Origin: Candidatus Enterousia sp.
Lineage (GTDB): Bacteria; Pseudomonadota; Alphaproteobacteria; Rs-D84
Assembly: GCA_045612805.1 (NCBI GenBank)
Contig: JAZKZR010000010.1
Span: forward strand, 263,965 to 327,964
Direction of reading: 5' to 3'
Length of the DNA stretch: 64,000 bases
Position numbers and translations under genes: made by a program. The notes under the pieces were generated by a model that did not search any database, was not told the DNA's origin, and saw only the letters and a list, made by a program, of their open reading frames with translations. Positions 47,454 through 58,594 of this stretch are shown in pieces. Each line of letters starts with the position of its first letter. The first letter of the stretch is position 1.

Positions 47454-47521
47454 TCAAAAAATTCCCCTTGCCCCGGGGGGCAAAAATGCGATAAAATGCG
47501 GACACAGGATCAGGGGGGATT

Positions 47522-50122
47522 TTGACACTAAATGGGTTATCTTTGGCGGCCGTCGCGCAAAATCGCAAGAAATATGGATCGAACACCATGCCTGATCCGC
47601 GTGTCAAAAGTGCGTGGAATTTCTTGGTCGATGTCTTTCGTACGAAAATAAACCTAATTTTGCTTATAATGGCGGGTTTGTTCATCGGTCTTGCACTGCT
47701 TGGTTATGGCGATATTATAGAGGCGATTGGTATCGGCATCGTTATCATTATCGTTGCGATTGTAAATGTTATTACTCATCTGCGCAGCCAACACAGCACT
47801 CTTGAATTGCGGCGGCGCGCATCGGTGCTTTTGTGCAATGTTATCCGCGGCGGACGAATCCGAAATATCGACAGCACCGAAATAGTTGTCGGCGATATAG
47901 TTTTGCTTCAGGCCGGCGAAAGAATCCCGGCGGACGGGTACTTGGTCCACGGGCATATTTCGGTAAATAATTCCGTTCTAAATGGCGAAAGTGAAGAGGT
48001 TCACAAATCTCCACTCCCAAATTTCAAATATAATCGTGCGGCCCCAATAACCGCGAACGATTACACCAATGCGAACTATGTCTTTGCCGGAACGACGGTT
48101 CATGGTGGTGGCGGCGCAATGATTGTCACACGCGTTGGAATGGATACCGAAAACGCCAAGATATTAAAAACCTTGTCCGATATCGGTGAAGAAAAAACGG
48201 CGTTGCAACGTGGACTTGACCGAATGGCGGGCATTGTTGGGCAAATTGGCGGAATTTGCGCGATTTGTATCGCGGTTATCATGGTTGTCATGCATTGGTA
48301 TTTGGACGGATTTAACGGACTTGGCGATTTCGTGCTTACGGTGGCGCATGCGATAACATTGGGACTTACTATATTCGTGGCGGCGGTTCCCGAAGGTTTG
48401 CCGTTTATCATTGAAATCATAACCGCCCAAAACGCACACAAAATGACACGCGAAAACTTGCTTGCGAAAAATCCGAATAAAATTCCAGAGGCGGGCAATA
48501 TACAATTACTTTGCACCGATAAAACCGGCACAATTACGTATGGGAAAATGCAACCTGTGGCAAATTATACCGGCGATGGCACAAACATTGGGTTTAACCA
48601 AAATACGGGCGGTATGGCCGTGCGATTGTTGATGAATAACATCGTCTTAAATGGGCGTGCCATGCTTGATGCGGGTGGGCAAATCGTTGGTGGCAACAGT
48701 ACGGAACGCGCGCTGTTTGGTGCATTGGGATTAAATCATAAAACGGTGTCCACCATAAAGCGCGAAAACCCGGTTTTAACCAAAACCCTATTCGATAGTG
48801 CGACCAAGTTTTCCGCAACAACGGTTAAAACCAAGTCGGGGCCGCGCACCTATGTCATGGCGGCACCGGAAATTATCCTTGCACATTCGCGGTTTTATGT
48901 TGATGCGACCGGCGCAACGCATCCATTAAACCGGGCAACGGTGCGACGAATTATTGTGTCTAATGCCCGGCGTGCCATGCGTGTTATCGCAACGGCATAT
49001 TATGATGGAACACATAAATCGGGCGAAATGCCAAACGATTTAGTATTCACCGGTGTTTCCGCGTTGCGTGACGATGTGCGCCCCGGTGTTGCGGATATGG
49101 TGACGGAATTGCAGGGTTCAGGTGTATCTGTTATGATGATAACGGGCGATATATTGGAAACGGCGCGTGTTATCGCCCGTGAAAGTAAAATTTTGCAAAG
49201 TGACGATGATATCGCCATAACCGCAACCGAATTTGATAAAATGTCCGACGCGGCGGTCAAACGCATTTTGCCGAAAATTCGTGTTATTGCGCGCGCAACC
49301 CCGCATACAAAATTACGCCTTGTTCAAATTGCCCAAGAAATGGGGCTTTGTATCGGCATGTGTGGCGATGGTACAAACGATGCGCCGGCGTTAAAGGGTG
49401 CGGATGTCGGATACGCCATGGGCGACAGCACCGATGTATGCAAGGAAGCAAGTGATATCATAATCACGGACAATAACTTTGTTTCCATTGGCAACAGTAT
49501 CCTTATGGGCCGAACATTTATGCACAATGTGACGGGATTCTTGCGATTCCAATTGCCGATAAACTTTACACTGGCGGCGATAAGCATTTTGTTCCCACTG
49601 GTTATCGGTATAGAGGCATTGATGGCCGTACAGATATTGATAATAAACATTGTAATCGACAGTTTGAATTCACTTGCGTTCGGTGGCGAACCACCGCGCG
49701 CGGAATATATGACCGAACCGCCCGCGGGCAAGAACGCAAAACTTATTACCGGCGATACAATCGCGGGGGTTATATGGACGACAATCGCGGGTGTGTTTAT
49801 ATTCACACTGACCCTTGCTGAACCATTTGTTGCGATTTTTGGCGATGCGGCAATGTCCGCCCGGTTTGCGTTGATAATAATTATGGCAATGCTAAATGGA
49901 TTCTGTGTTCGGGTGCGTGGTTTTGATATATTTTCAGGCCTATCCAAAAATCCAATGTTTTTGATTGTGACATTTGTTGTTTTTGCCGGCCTTTATGCAT
50001 GTGTGACGTTCGGCGGTAATGTTTTGGCACTTGAACCACTAACCCCGGTACAGTGGCTGGCCACCGCCGGCCTTGGATTGCTTATCGTGCCAATAAACTT
50101 TATTTACAAGACGTTGCGATAG
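47522..50122 (+). CDS. P-type cation ATPase (Ca2+-like, type II)
   Basis: LNGES, VPEGLP, DKTGT, MITGD and GDGTNDAPAL motifs. Confidence 0.93.
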   Translation: MTLNGLSLAAVAQNRKKYGSNTMPDPRVKSAWNFLVDVFRTKINLILLIMAGLFIGLALLGYGDIIEAIGIGIVIIIVAIVNVITHLRSQHSTLELRRRASVLLCNVIRGGRIRNIDSTEIVVGDIVLLQAGERIPADGYLVHGHISVNNSVLNGESEEVHKSPLPNFKYNRAAPITANDYTNANYVFAGTTVHGGGGAMIVTRVGMDTENAKILKTLSDIGEEKTALQRGLDRMAGIVGQIGGICAICIAVIMVVMHWYLDGFNGLGDFVLTVAHAITLGLTIFVAAVPEGLPFIIEIITAQNAHKMTRENLLAKNPNKIPEAGNIQLLCTDKTGTITYGKMQPVANYTGDGTNIGFNQNTGGMAVRLLMNNIVLNGRAMLDAGGQIVGGNSTERALFGALGLNHKTVSTIKRENPVLTKTLFDSATKFSATTVKTKSGPRTYVMAAPEIILAHSRFYVDATGATHPLNRATVRRIIVSNARRAMRVIATAYYDGTHKSGEMPNDLVFTGVSALRDDVRPGVADMVTELQGSGVSVMMITGDILETARVIARESKILQSDDDIAITATEFDKMSDAAVKRILPKIRVIARATPHTKLRLVQIAQEMGLCIGMCGDGTNDAPALKGADVGYAMGDSTDVCKEASDIIITDNNFVSIGNSILMGRTFMHNVTGFLRFQLPINFTLAAISILFPLVIGIEALMAVQILIINIVIDSLNSLAFGGEPPRAEYMTEPPAGKNAKLITGDTIAGVIWTTIAGVFIFTLTLAEPFVAIFGDAAMSARFALIIIMAMLNGFCVRVRGFDIFSGLSKNPMFLIVTFVVFAGLYACVTFGGNVLALEPLTPVQWLATAGLGLLIVPINFIYKTLR

Positions 50123-50184
50123 AAAAACCTTGAAATCCGATTTTTTAATGATAATCTATGCATACAGCATAAAAGGATAACAAT

Positions 50185-50586
50185 ATGATTTACGAAGAAG
50201 AACTTGTAAAAATGTATTCTGCACTGGAAACAAATCCGGTTAAAATATCGTATCCCAAAGGTCAGCCGTCGAATTATCCCATGACCCCAGAAGTCAAACA
50301 AAAATTAAAGAATTTTATGTGGGATAACCGTTTTGAAACGATTTACAATTTTGGACCTTGTAAAGTTATACATTATGAATCCCGAAAAAAGTATGGGGAT
50401 CTTGGGGTTCAAGAATTACGGTTTTACACGGACGGTGATAATCTTGATTTTGCATCACTGCGGTATTATCAACAAACTGACGAGATGTTAGATCCTGATA
50501 AAAAACAGTTAATGCAGTTATATCAAAATGTTAAAAATAAACTTTTTAACAGAAACTTTACAAATCCATTTCAACGGCAAAAATAG
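50185..50586 (+). CDS. Hypothetical protein
   Basis: 133 aa ORF with AAGGA RBS, followed by a GC hairpin at 50598-50617. Confidence 0.7.
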   Translation: MIYEEELVKMYSALETNPVKISYPKGQPSNYPMTPEVKQKLKNFMWDNRFETIYNFGPCKVIHYESRKKYGDLGVQELRFYTDGDNLDFASLRYYQQTDEMLDPDKKQLMQLYQNVKNKLFNRNFTNPFQRQK

Positions 50587-50647
50587 AAAAATATAAAAGC
50601 GGGGCGATTGCCCCGCTCACTAACCACTAACACTACCCACTATTTTC

Positions 50648-50676
50648 TTGCTTTTTCAAAAAAAATGGTTTATTAT
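50648..50676 (+). promoter_or_regulatory. Sigma70 promoter of rpsD
   Basis: TTGCTT-N17-TATTAT, about 110 bp upstream of the start. Confidence 0.55.
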
Positions 50677-50789
50677 GTGCCCGCTGAATAGAATCAGAAC
50701 TGATTAAGCATCGGTGCGTTTTGGTCCCGGTGTGATAAGGTTTCTGTCAAATGTTTGGCACAGTTAAAAAAAACCAAAAGGATTAAATT

Positions 50790-51422
50790 ATGGCAAGAAG
50801 TGGGGCAAAACGTAGTACCCGTAAACTTAAAATCGGACGCAGCCTTGGCGTTAATTTGTGGGGCCAGGCAAAATCCCCGTTTAACAAACGCAAATACAAA
50901 CCGGGTCAGCATGGGCCAACATCACGTGGCGGTAATATGACCGACTATGCGAAACAGATGCGCGCAAAACAGACATTGAAAAATTACTATGGTAATGTCG
51001 GTGAAAAGAAATTCCGCGCGTATTACCTAGAGGCCGACAATATGCGGGGCGACACACCGGACAATCTTATTGGGTTATTGGAACGCCGTTTGGATGCGGT
51101 TGTTTATCGCGCAAAGTTTGCACCGACCGTCTTTTCTGCACGTCAATTGGTTAGCCACGGGCACATCTATGTCAATGGCAAACGCGTAAAAATCGCGTCA
51201 TATCAGGTTAAACCGGGCGATGTCATCACGGTCAGTGACAAGGCAAAACAGATGCCGTTGGTCGTGTTGGCGTTGGAATCTGGCGAACGTAATACACCGG
51301 ATTATATCAATGTGGACAGTGCGAATTTTGTTGCGACATTCACACGTGTTCCGGCATTTGCGGATGTTCCGTATCCGGTTCAAATGTTTCCTGAATTGGT
51401 CGTCGAATTTTATTCGCGGTAA
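50790..51422 (+). CDS. rpsD: 30S ribosomal protein S4
   Basis: [25 protein letters not shown] and VVEFYSR motifs. Confidence 0.97.
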   Translation: MARSGAKRSTRKLKIGRSLGVNLWGQAKSPFNKRKYKPGQHGPTSRGGNMTDYAKQMRAKQTLKNYYGNVGEKKFRAYYLEADNMRGDTPDNLIGLLERRLDAVVYRAKFAPTVFSARQLVSHGHIYVNGKRVKIASYQVKPGDVITVSDKAKQMPLVVLALESGERNTPDYINVDSANFVATFTRVPAFADVPYPVQMFPELVVEFYSR

Positions 51423-51450
51423 TATTGGAATCATTTGGAAAAAAATCAAA

Positions 51451-51475
51451 AGTCCGCCAATTCGGCGGATTTTTT
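51451..51475 (+). terminator. Terminator after rpsD
   Basis: TCCGCC-AATTC-GGCGGA followed by TTTTTT. Confidence 0.8.
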
Positions 51476-51476
51476 A

Positions 51477-51570
51477 TTCCCCTTCACTGTGTGAAGGGGG
51501 GGACCGGCGAAGCCGGTGGGGTAGTTTCCTTCACACCAACCCCCGCGGCACCGCTTTGCGGTGACGGGTT
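51477..51570. repeat. GC-rich REP-like palindromic element
   Basis: Consecutive hairpins CCCCTTCAC-TGT-GTGAAGGGG, ACCGGC-GAA-GCCGGT and CACCGC-TTT-GCGGTG. Confidence 0.6.
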
Positions 51571-51597
51571 GATTTTTATATAAAAAAAGGTTATAAT
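51569..51597 (+). promoter_or_regulatory. Sigma70 promoter of trpS
   Basis: TTGATT-N17-TATAAT. Confidence 0.7.
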
Positions 51598-51624
51598 AAC
51601 GCAAACAAATAGAATGGGTTTAAA

Positions 51625-52626
51625 ATGTCTGAATCGAAAGTATTTTTAACAGGAATAAAGCCGACCGGAACGGTGCATTTGGGCAACTATATTGGTGCGT
51701 TGCGTCAAATTCGCGATATTTCGGCGACGCACAAGACAATCGTTTTTGTCGCGGATTTGCATGCGCTAAACATTATGCACGATGCCGATTTGATACGCAA
51801 ACATACCTATGAAATCGCCGCAATTATTATGTCGATTGGGGTAAATATGGATAATGTCTTGCTGTTTCGGCAATCGGATGTGCCGGCGGTTTGCGAATTG
51901 TCGACAATTCTTACCAATGTCACGCCCAAGGGACTTATGGACCGCGCGCATTCATACAAGGCGGCGGTTGACCGTAATACGGCGGCGGGTGCGGATGCGG
52001 ACGCCGGTGTAAATATGGGACTTTATACTTACCCGATTTTGATGGCGGCGGATATCTTGCTTTATGGGGCGGATGTTGTTCCCGTCGGCGCGGATCAAAA
52101 GCAACATGTTGAATTTGCGCGCGATATTGCCGGACACTTTAATACGATTTATGGCAATGTTTTAAAATTGCCCGATGCACAAATTTCCCCCGATGCGGGA
52201 ATTATCCCGGGGCTTGATGGCCGGAAAATGAGTAAATCTTATGATAATGTAATTCCACTTATGGCGAATTCGGCGGAATTAAAGAAAAAAATCATGCGCA
52301 TCATTACCGACAGCAAAACACCGGCGGAACCAAAAGATCCCGAAACTTCAACGATTTTTGGACTTTATCGGCACTTTGCGGATGCGGCGGAAACCGAAAA
52401 ATTTGCCGAAATGTTTCGCGCGGGCGGTATGGGATATGGCACGGCGAAAACAATGCTGTTCGAAAAAATGGATTCGGTGTTGGCGCCAATGCGCGAAAAA
52501 TACGAATACCTGATGTCGCACCGCGATGAATTGGATGTGGCGCTGGCAAATGGTGCGGAAATCGCGCGGAAAATTGCCGACAAAACTTTATCGCGCGTTC
52601 GGCGTGTGACACTTGGGAAAAAATAA
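51625..52626 (+). CDS. trpS: Tryptophan--tRNA ligase
   Basis: TGIKPTG.VHLGNYIGA, YPILMAADI, VPVGADQ and KMSKS motifs. Confidence 0.97.
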   Translation: MSESKVFLTGIKPTGTVHLGNYIGALRQIRDISATHKTIVFVADLHALNIMHDADLIRKHTYEIAAIIMSIGVNMDNVLLFRQSDVPAVCELSTILTNVTPKGLMDRAHSYKAAVDRNTAAGADADAGVNMGLYTYPILMAADILLYGADVVPVGADQKQHVEFARDIAGHFNTIYGNVLKLPDAQISPDAGIIPGLDGRKMSKSYDNVIPLMANSAELKKKIMRIITDSKTPAEPKDPETSTIFGLYRHFADAAETEKFAEMFRAGGMGYGTAKTMLFEKMDSVLAPMREKYEYLMSHRDELDVALANGAEIARKIADKTLSRVRRVTLGKK

Positions 52627-52651
52627 AATGAAAAAGAAAGGAGAAAAGAAA

Positions 52652-53383
52652 ATGAATAATAAATTACTTGGGTGCGCGGTTGCGGCCGTGTGCGTGTTGG
52701 TGTTGGGATGGGTTGCAATTGACCGTTTTGCGGAACCCCGAACAATTAGTGTTGACGGCGAATGCCTTACATCCGTGCCAAAGGATAGGACGGCAATAAC
52801 ACTGCGCGTAAGTGTGACGGATAAATCCGCGGCAAAATCTATGAAAATCGCATCGGCCAAGGTTGCGGAAATGAATGCTTTCTTAAAAACACTGGATGTA
52901 AAGGTGCAAACCAGTGAATTTAATTCATACGAAAAATCCGAATGGAACCACACGAAACAAAAATCTGAATTTGTTGGAATTGAAACAACAATCGCACTGG
53001 ATGTGTCGGCGAATGATATTGACACGATTGAAACCGTCCTGAACAAATTTGCCGGTGCCCAAGATGTTTTTGTGACGAACCTGCGTATGTTTACATCGGC
53101 CGAAACGATGAAGCCGGTTTTGGAATCATGCCTTGGGACCGCGGTGGAAAACGCGCGCGACCGCGCAAACGGCCTTGCCGCGGGGGTCGGCAAACGGGCC
53201 GGTAAATTACTTGCTGTGTCATATTCAAACGGCGGGTCATATACCGTGCAACCTGCGAATTTCAGATTGGCCAAGGCGGAAATGATGACGATGGATGCCG
53301 GTGCGGGCTATGCCGGTGGTGCAATAACGGGCAAGGACACCGATGTTTCCGTCCGCGTTTCCGCAATCTTTGAAATAAAATAA
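52652..53383 (+). CDS. SIMPL (DUF541) domain periplasmic protein
   Basis: N-terminal TM segment, RTISVDGE...DRTAI, AVENARDRA..LA...G, terminal V.V...FEIK. Confidence 0.8.
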   Translation: MNNKLLGCAVAAVCVLVLGWVAIDRFAEPRTISVDGECLTSVPKDRTAITLRVSVTDKSAAKSMKIASAKVAEMNAFLKTLDVKVQTSEFNSYEKSEWNHTKQKSEFVGIETTIALDVSANDIDTIETVLNKFAGAQDVFVTNLRMFTSAETMKPVLESCLGTAVENARDRANGLAAGVGKRAGKLLAVSYSNGGSYTVQPANFRLAKAEMMTMDAGAGYAGGAITGKDTDVSVRVSAIFEIK

Positions 53384-53384
53384 T

Positions 53385-54305
53385 ATGCAGGACATAATCG
53401 ACGAATTTATCGAATACCTGACTGTGACAAAGAATTATTCGGCGCACACGGCGATTGCGTATCGAACGGATATTGCGGATTTTATGGAATTTATGACACG
53501 GTTTTCTGGTGCGGCGCCCGCACTGGGGGATATCTCAACAATCGACACAATCGCGTTTCGTTCGTGGCTTGCCGATCGACAACGGCGCGAACTTTCGTTC
53601 AAATCTACGGCGCGGGCGTTGTCATCGGTGCGCGGATTATTTAAGTATATCGCCAAATATCACGTCATAAAAAACGAAGCGATTGATTTAATATCTTCAC
53701 CAAAAATCCCCAAAAAATTATCCAAGGCAATTGAACCGTCGGACGTTGACGATATGCATGGCGCGATAAACGCAATTGATGAAAACGAACCATGGATTGC
53801 CGCGCGCGATTGGGCATTGGTGACGTTACTGTTCGGATGCGGCCTTCGTATATCAGAGGCATTATCGCTAAAAAATAGCGACATCGCCGGTGCACCAAGC
53901 GCGTTGCGCATTATGGGCAAGGGTTCCAAGGAACGAATTGTCCCCGTGTTGCCAGCCGTCAATCGCGCGATTGAAAAATATATTGCGTTGCGCCCGTCTG
54001 GAAATGCGGCGGACGATGAATTATTCCGCAGTGTGCGCGGTCTGGCCATGTCGGCGCGTATGGCGGAAAAGGTTATTGAAAAAGTGCGTGCGTTTTTACA
54101 ATTGCCGGATTATGTCACGCCACACGCGTTGCGCCATACATTTGCAACGGCACTATTGTCGGACGGGGCGGATTTGCGCAGTTTACAGGAATTATTGGGG
54201 CATTCATCACTTTCCACAACGCAACTTTATACCAAGGTAAACATGTCCGAAATTATGAATATTTATGAAAAGTGCCATCCGCTTTCGGATGATGCGGAAA
54301 ATTAG
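53385..54305 (+). CDS. xerC: Tyrosine recombinase XerC
   Basis: S.HT..AY..D, GLRISEAL, GKGSKER.VP, TPHALRHTFAT and QELLGHSSLSTTQLYT motifs; housekeeping context. Confidence 0.88.
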   Translation: MQDIIDEFIEYLTVTKNYSAHTAIAYRTDIADFMEFMTRFSGAAPALGDISTIDTIAFRSWLADRQRRELSFKSTARALSSVRGLFKYIAKYHVIKNEAIDLISSPKIPKKLSKAIEPSDVDDMHGAINAIDENEPWIAARDWALVTLLFGCGLRISEALSLKNSDIAGAPSALRIMGKGSKERIVPVLPAVNRAIEKYIALRPSGNAADDELFRSVRGLAMSARMAEKVIEKVRAFLQLPDYVTPHALRHTFATALLSDGADLRSLQELLGHSSLSTTQLYTKVNMSEIMNIYEKCHPLSDDAEN

Positions 54306-54372
54306 GTCTTTATACTGTTGCAAAAAATTATTTATTGTTATATGATATACGGACAACGAAAGGTTTTATATT

Positions 54373-55806
54373 ATGTCACTTCGAATTTATAATGTTATGT
54401 CACGGCAAAAGGAAGAATTTGCCCCACTAACCCCGGGCAAGGTTAAAATGTATGCCTGCGGAATTACTGTTTCCGGCGATGCACATGTTGGGCACGCCTA
54501 CCAATCGGTGGTTTTTGATGTAATAACCCGCTATTTGGCATATCGGGGTTATGATGTGACATATGTTCGGAATTATACCGATGTTGATGATAATATAATT
54601 AAAAATGCAAATGCCATTGGCATGGATCCTATGCAATTTGCCGAAGAACATATTGTCACAACCGATGCACAAATGGATGCATTGGGTAATAACCGGCCAA
54701 CCGTTATGGCGCGCGCCACACGTTGCATTGACGACATCATAGAATTTATCAAAAAATTGATAGATGGCGGTCATGCATATGTTGCCGATACCGGTGATGT
54801 ATATTTTAAATTGGACACTTTCCCGGGATACGGTAAATTGTCACACATAAATTTGGATAAAAACGAAATTGCGGTGCGTAAAGATACGGAACCGGGCAAA
54901 CAAAACGAACTTGATTTTGCATTGTGGAAATCGGCAAAGCCCGGGGAAATTTATTGGGAATCGCCATGGGGACGCGGCCGCCCGGGATGGCATATTGAAT
55001 GCAGTGCAATGAACATGCGATTCCTTGGTGAACAAATTGATATTCATGGCGGTGGACGCGATTTGGTTTTCCCGCATCATGAAAACGAAATTGCACAAAC
55101 GGAATCTGTGACCGGCAAACAGTTTGCAAAATACTGGGTGCATTGCGGATTGGTGAAAATAAATGGTCAAAAAATGAGTAAATCTTTGGGAAACGGCATA
55201 TTGTTGCGCGATATGCTTGCACAATATGATGCCGACACGATAAGGTTCGCATTACTTCGAAATACATATTCAAATGATATTGATATAACGGATGACTTTT
55301 TCCCGGTGGCACATAGGCACGTTTACCGTATGTATTCAACGCTTGCTGCCGCAAAAGACGCGGATAAATCAAAGGTTGATGCCACCAAAACCGCACAAAA
55401 AATTGTCGAAATCACAGCGGAATTTGAAAGCGCGATGGACGACAATTTTAATACATCGCACCTTATCGCGAATGCGTTCGGGTGGTTTGATTTTATTGAT
55501 GCCGAATTGCGCAAACCACAACCAACATACGATGTGAATGCAATCGGTGAACATGTTGTGAAATTGTTTGGGGTGCTGAATATCTTGCAACAAGATGTGA
55601 CAAAATATGTGTCGGATACCAAGAATGCATTTTTGCGCGATAAAAATATAAGTGAAGATTTCATAAACGAACGCATTGCCGAACGTGTACACGCGAAACA
55701 GGAACGCGACTTTGCGCGTTCGGACGCGGTTCGCGATGAATTACTGGCAATGGGGTTAAGTATTCGCGATACCCCCACCGGAACGGTTTGGGATGTAAAA
55801 ATCTAA
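54373..55806 (+). CDS. cysS: Cysteine--tRNA ligase
   Basis: [30 protein letters not shown] and KMSKS motifs. Confidence 0.97.
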   Translation: MSLRIYNVMSRQKEEFAPLTPGKVKMYACGITVSGDAHVGHAYQSVVFDVITRYLAYRGYDVTYVRNYTDVDDNIIKNANAIGMDPMQFAEEHIVTTDAQMDALGNNRPTVMARATRCIDDIIEFIKKLIDGGHAYVADTGDVYFKLDTFPGYGKLSHINLDKNEIAVRKDTEPGKQNELDFALWKSAKPGEIYWESPWGRGRPGWHIECSAMNMRFLGEQIDIHGGGRDLVFPHHENEIAQTESVTGKQFAKYWVHCGLVKINGQKMSKSLGNGILLRDMLAQYDADTIRFALLRNTYSNDIDITDDFFPVAHRHVYRMYSTLAAAKDADKSKVDATKTAQKIVEITAEFESAMDDNFNTSHLIANAFGWFDFIDAELRKPQPTYDVNAIGEHVVKLFGVLNILQQDVTKYVSDTKNAFLRDKNISEDFINERIAERVHAKQERDFARSDAVRDELLAMGLSIRDTPTGTVWDVKI

Positions 55807-55883
55807 AAATTTTTTACAAAAAACCGCTTGAATATGGTGCCGGTTGTGCTATATTTAGTCACAGAATACAAAGAGGATACCCT

Positions 55884-56438
55884 ATGAATTACCCGTATAT
55901 GCCGAAATCTACTGCATTGTGGTTGATTGAAAACACTGCGCTGACCTTTGAACAGATTGCCGATTTTTGCGGTCTGCATGAATTAGAGGTTAAAAATATC
56001 GCCGATGCCGAAACCCAAAAGATTCAAGGTCTGAATCCCATTTTAAATGGCCAGGTCACACGCGAAGATATTGCACTTTGCGAATCCGACCCGACGGCGC
56101 GTCTTACACTCCAAGAAAGCATCGTTCGCGCGCAAAATGCCCAAAACAAAAAGGGAATTGGTTATACGCCAAAGATTTTGCGCCAAAATCGCCTTGGGGG
56201 AATTTTGTGGATTTTGAAAAATTGCCCTGAATTGACCGATGGACAAATTGCCCGCCTTATGCGCAGTACAAACAACACGGTTGCATCTGTCCGTAATAAA
56301 ACGCATAAAAGTTATACGGAAATTCAAATTCAAAGCCCGATTGTGTTGGGGCTTGTTTCTGAATCCGCGTTGCACGATGCGATTGCCAAGGCGGCCAAGG
56401 AAAGTGCAAAGGCCACAAAAACCAAGAAAAAGAAATAA
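55884..56438 (+). CDS. trcR: DUF1013 / TrcR cell-cycle transcriptional regulator
   Basis: PYMPKSTALWLIENTALTFEQIADFCGLHELEV, characteristic of alphaproteobacterial DUF1013. Confidence 0.88.
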   Translation: MNYPYMPKSTALWLIENTALTFEQIADFCGLHELEVKNIADAETQKIQGLNPILNGQVTREDIALCESDPTARLTLQESIVRAQNAQNKKGIGYTPKILRQNRLGGILWILKNCPELTDGQIARLMRSTNNTVASVRNKTHKSYTEIQIQSPIVLGLVSESALHDAIAKAAKESAKATKTKKKK

Positions 56439-56462
56439 ATTAAAAAATCATAAGGGTTTTTT

Positions 56463-58544
56463 ATGTCCAAAAAACTTGATGATGCAACAAGGTTATTGGT
56501 TGATTCATTGCCGGAAAATCTGCAAAAACTTGCGGTTTCTTCGATGGAAAACGGGTATTTGTCGCAAATGGATTTTAATGCCGCCTGCGGTTCTGATGAA
56601 ATTCCCGAAGAAGAACACCAAGAAGTCCTTGATTTCTTTAAACAGGACTTGGGACTAGAGGTTTTAGAGACCGGCAATTATCAAAAGGATATAGAACGGT
56701 ATTATGATGACGATTCCGACGAAAATGCGGAAAAATATCGCAATTTGCTAAATAATGATGCGGAACAGGTGGATAACGACGAAGATTACGAACATTATGC
56801 CAAGCAATTGGAACGTAGTCAAACCGGCACACTTGTTTTGGGTGTCCAAGATTCCGTCCAATCATATTTAAAACAAATCGGCACGGTGCAATTACTAACC
56901 GCCGCGGGCGAGGTTGCAATCGCCCAACGTATAGAGGCCGCATCCCGTTTAATGATTTATGGCCTTTGCGAAAGCCCAATGACAATTCAGGCGATGCTTG
57001 ATTGGTATCAACAATTATTGAACGAAGAAGTTCGTTTGCGCTATATAATAAATCTCGAAGCGATGTATTCCAGTGAATCCGAACAAAAATCGGTAGCGGC
57101 GCTTTCCGAAACATTAAAGTCCAAGGGTGTAGAGCAGGTTGATGACCTTTCCGATGAAGATTTCGAAGATTTAACCGAACCGACCGTTGATGATGATATG
57201 GATGACGACGAAGACGAAGATGAAGATGATGAAGAAATAAAGAAGGATGATGGCCCGCGTAGCACATCTGGCGTTCCAATCCCGGTTATGGAAGAAGCAC
57301 TGATGCCGACCATTACCGAATTGTTTACCAAGATAAAACGCACATTTAATAGTATGCAAAAATTGCAGGCGATGCGTATGGAAAAACTGCTAACTTCGTC
57401 GAAACCGGACGAAGAATTAGAAGCAAAATACAACAAAATGCGCCTTACACTCTTTGAAAGCGTTAGCAAGATTCGCATGAACGATGACCGTATTGCAGAA
57501 ATTATGGACCGTCTTACCGAACGTGACCAATTGCTTATGGGGCTCGAAGGGAAACTGTTGCGTCTTGCGCTTGCGAACAAGATTAAACGCGAAGATTTCT
57601 TGGCCGAATATATTGGCAACGAATTGAATCGCAATTGGGTAAAGAAACTGTTAAAACATAAAAACCAAAATTGGGTAAATTTTGCGAAAAAGCATGGTGA
57701 CGATATATTAAAAATTCAATCTGAAATAACCGCAATCGCCGATGAAACCGGGCAACCGACCGCCGAATATAAAAAGGTTGTCGAACTTGTTCGCCGTGGC
57801 CAGACCGAAGCCGCACGTGCAAAACGCGAAATGATAGAGGCGAATTTGCGTCTTGTTATAAAATTTGCAAAAAAGAGCAGTAATAGGGGCCTGGGGCTTG
57901 ATTTTTCCGATTTGGTTCAAGACGGCAATATCGGACTTATGAAGGCGGTTGATAAATTCGATTATCGTTTGGGCAATAAATTTTCAACCTATGCCACCAA
58001 TTGGATTCAACAGGCGATACTGCGCAGCATCGCGGACCAGGCACGCACAATTCGTATCCCGGTGCATATGATTGATAATATACACAAAATTCAACGCGCA
58101 TCGCGCCAATTTATGCATAAATACGGCCGTCAACCCACCGCCGAAGAATTATCTAAAATAATATATTTGCCGGTTGATAAAATTCACAAGGCAATGAAGG
58201 TCAATGTTCGTCCAATTTCTTTGGAGGCACCCGTCGGTACCGAAGACGATAGTTCGCGTATGGAAATAATTGCGGACGAAACGGCGAAAAATCCGTTCAC
58301 TTCGGCGGCGCAAAAGAATCTGCGTAAAATTGTGACACAGATTTTGTCTGAATTGGACCCCAAGGAAGAAACCGTCCTGCGTCAACGTTTCGGGATGAGT
58401 ACTAATAAAACCAGCACATTGGAAGAGGTTGGCGAATATATTGGGGTCACGCGCGAACGTATAAGACAAATTGAACAAAAGGCACTGAACAAGTTAAAGC
58501 ACCCAACGCGGGCGCGCAAACTACGCAGCTTTTTGGAAGATTGA
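56463..58544 (+). CDS. rpoD: RNA polymerase primary sigma factor
   Basis: Region 1.2 DSVQSYL, region 2 EANLRLV...KFSTYAT.WI, region 4 TLEEVG...[10 protein letters not shown]; long non-essential region. Confidence 0.96.
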   Translation: MSKKLDDATRLLVDSLPENLQKLAVSSMENGYLSQMDFNAACGSDEIPEEEHQEVLDFFKQDLGLEVLETGNYQKDIERYYDDDSDENAEKYRNLLNNDAEQVDNDEDYEHYAKQLERSQTGTLVLGVQDSVQSYLKQIGTVQLLTAAGEVAIAQRIEAASRLMIYGLCESPMTIQAMLDWYQQLLNEEVRLRYIINLEAMYSSESEQKSVAALSETLKSKGVEQVDDLSDEDFEDLTEPTVDDDMDDDEDEDEDDEEIKKDDGPRSTSGVPIPVMEEALMPTITELFTKIKRTFNSMQKLQAMRMEKLLTSSKPDEELEAKYNKMRLTLFESVSKIRMNDDRIAEIMDRLTERDQLLMGLEGKLLRLALANKIKREDFLAEYIGNELNRNWVKKLLKHKNQNWVNFAKKHGDDILKIQSEITAIADETGQPTAEYKKVVELVRRGQTEAARAKREMIEANLRLVIKFAKKSSNRGLGLDFSDLVQDGNIGLMKAVDKFDYRLGNKFSTYATNWIQQAILRSIADQARTIRIPVHMIDNIHKIQRASRQFMHKYGRQPTAEELSKIIYLPVDKIHKAMKVNVRPISLEAPVGTEDDSSRMEIIADETAKNPFTSAAQKNLRKIVTQILSELDPKEETVLRQRFGMSTNKTSTLEEVGEYIGVTRERIRQIEQKALNKLKHPTRARKLRSFLED

Positions 58545-58549
58545 TAACC

Positions 58550-58578
58550 ACGGTCACCTTTTGGTGACCGTTATTTTA
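58550..58578 (+). terminator. Terminator after rpoD
   Basis: ACGGTCACC-TTTT-GGTGACCGT followed by TATTTT. Confidence 0.8.
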
Positions 58579-58594
58579 ACCAAAGGAGAAAAAC

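Noticed and set aside
53385-54305. Second mobile-element integrase
   Set aside because: Size, motifs and housekeeping context fit chromosomal XerC.
56638-57634. Long antisense ORFs over rpoD, and similar ones at 49324-49947, 52588-53274 and 60605-61243
   Set aside because: Shadow frames of well-supported genes with no recognisable motifs.
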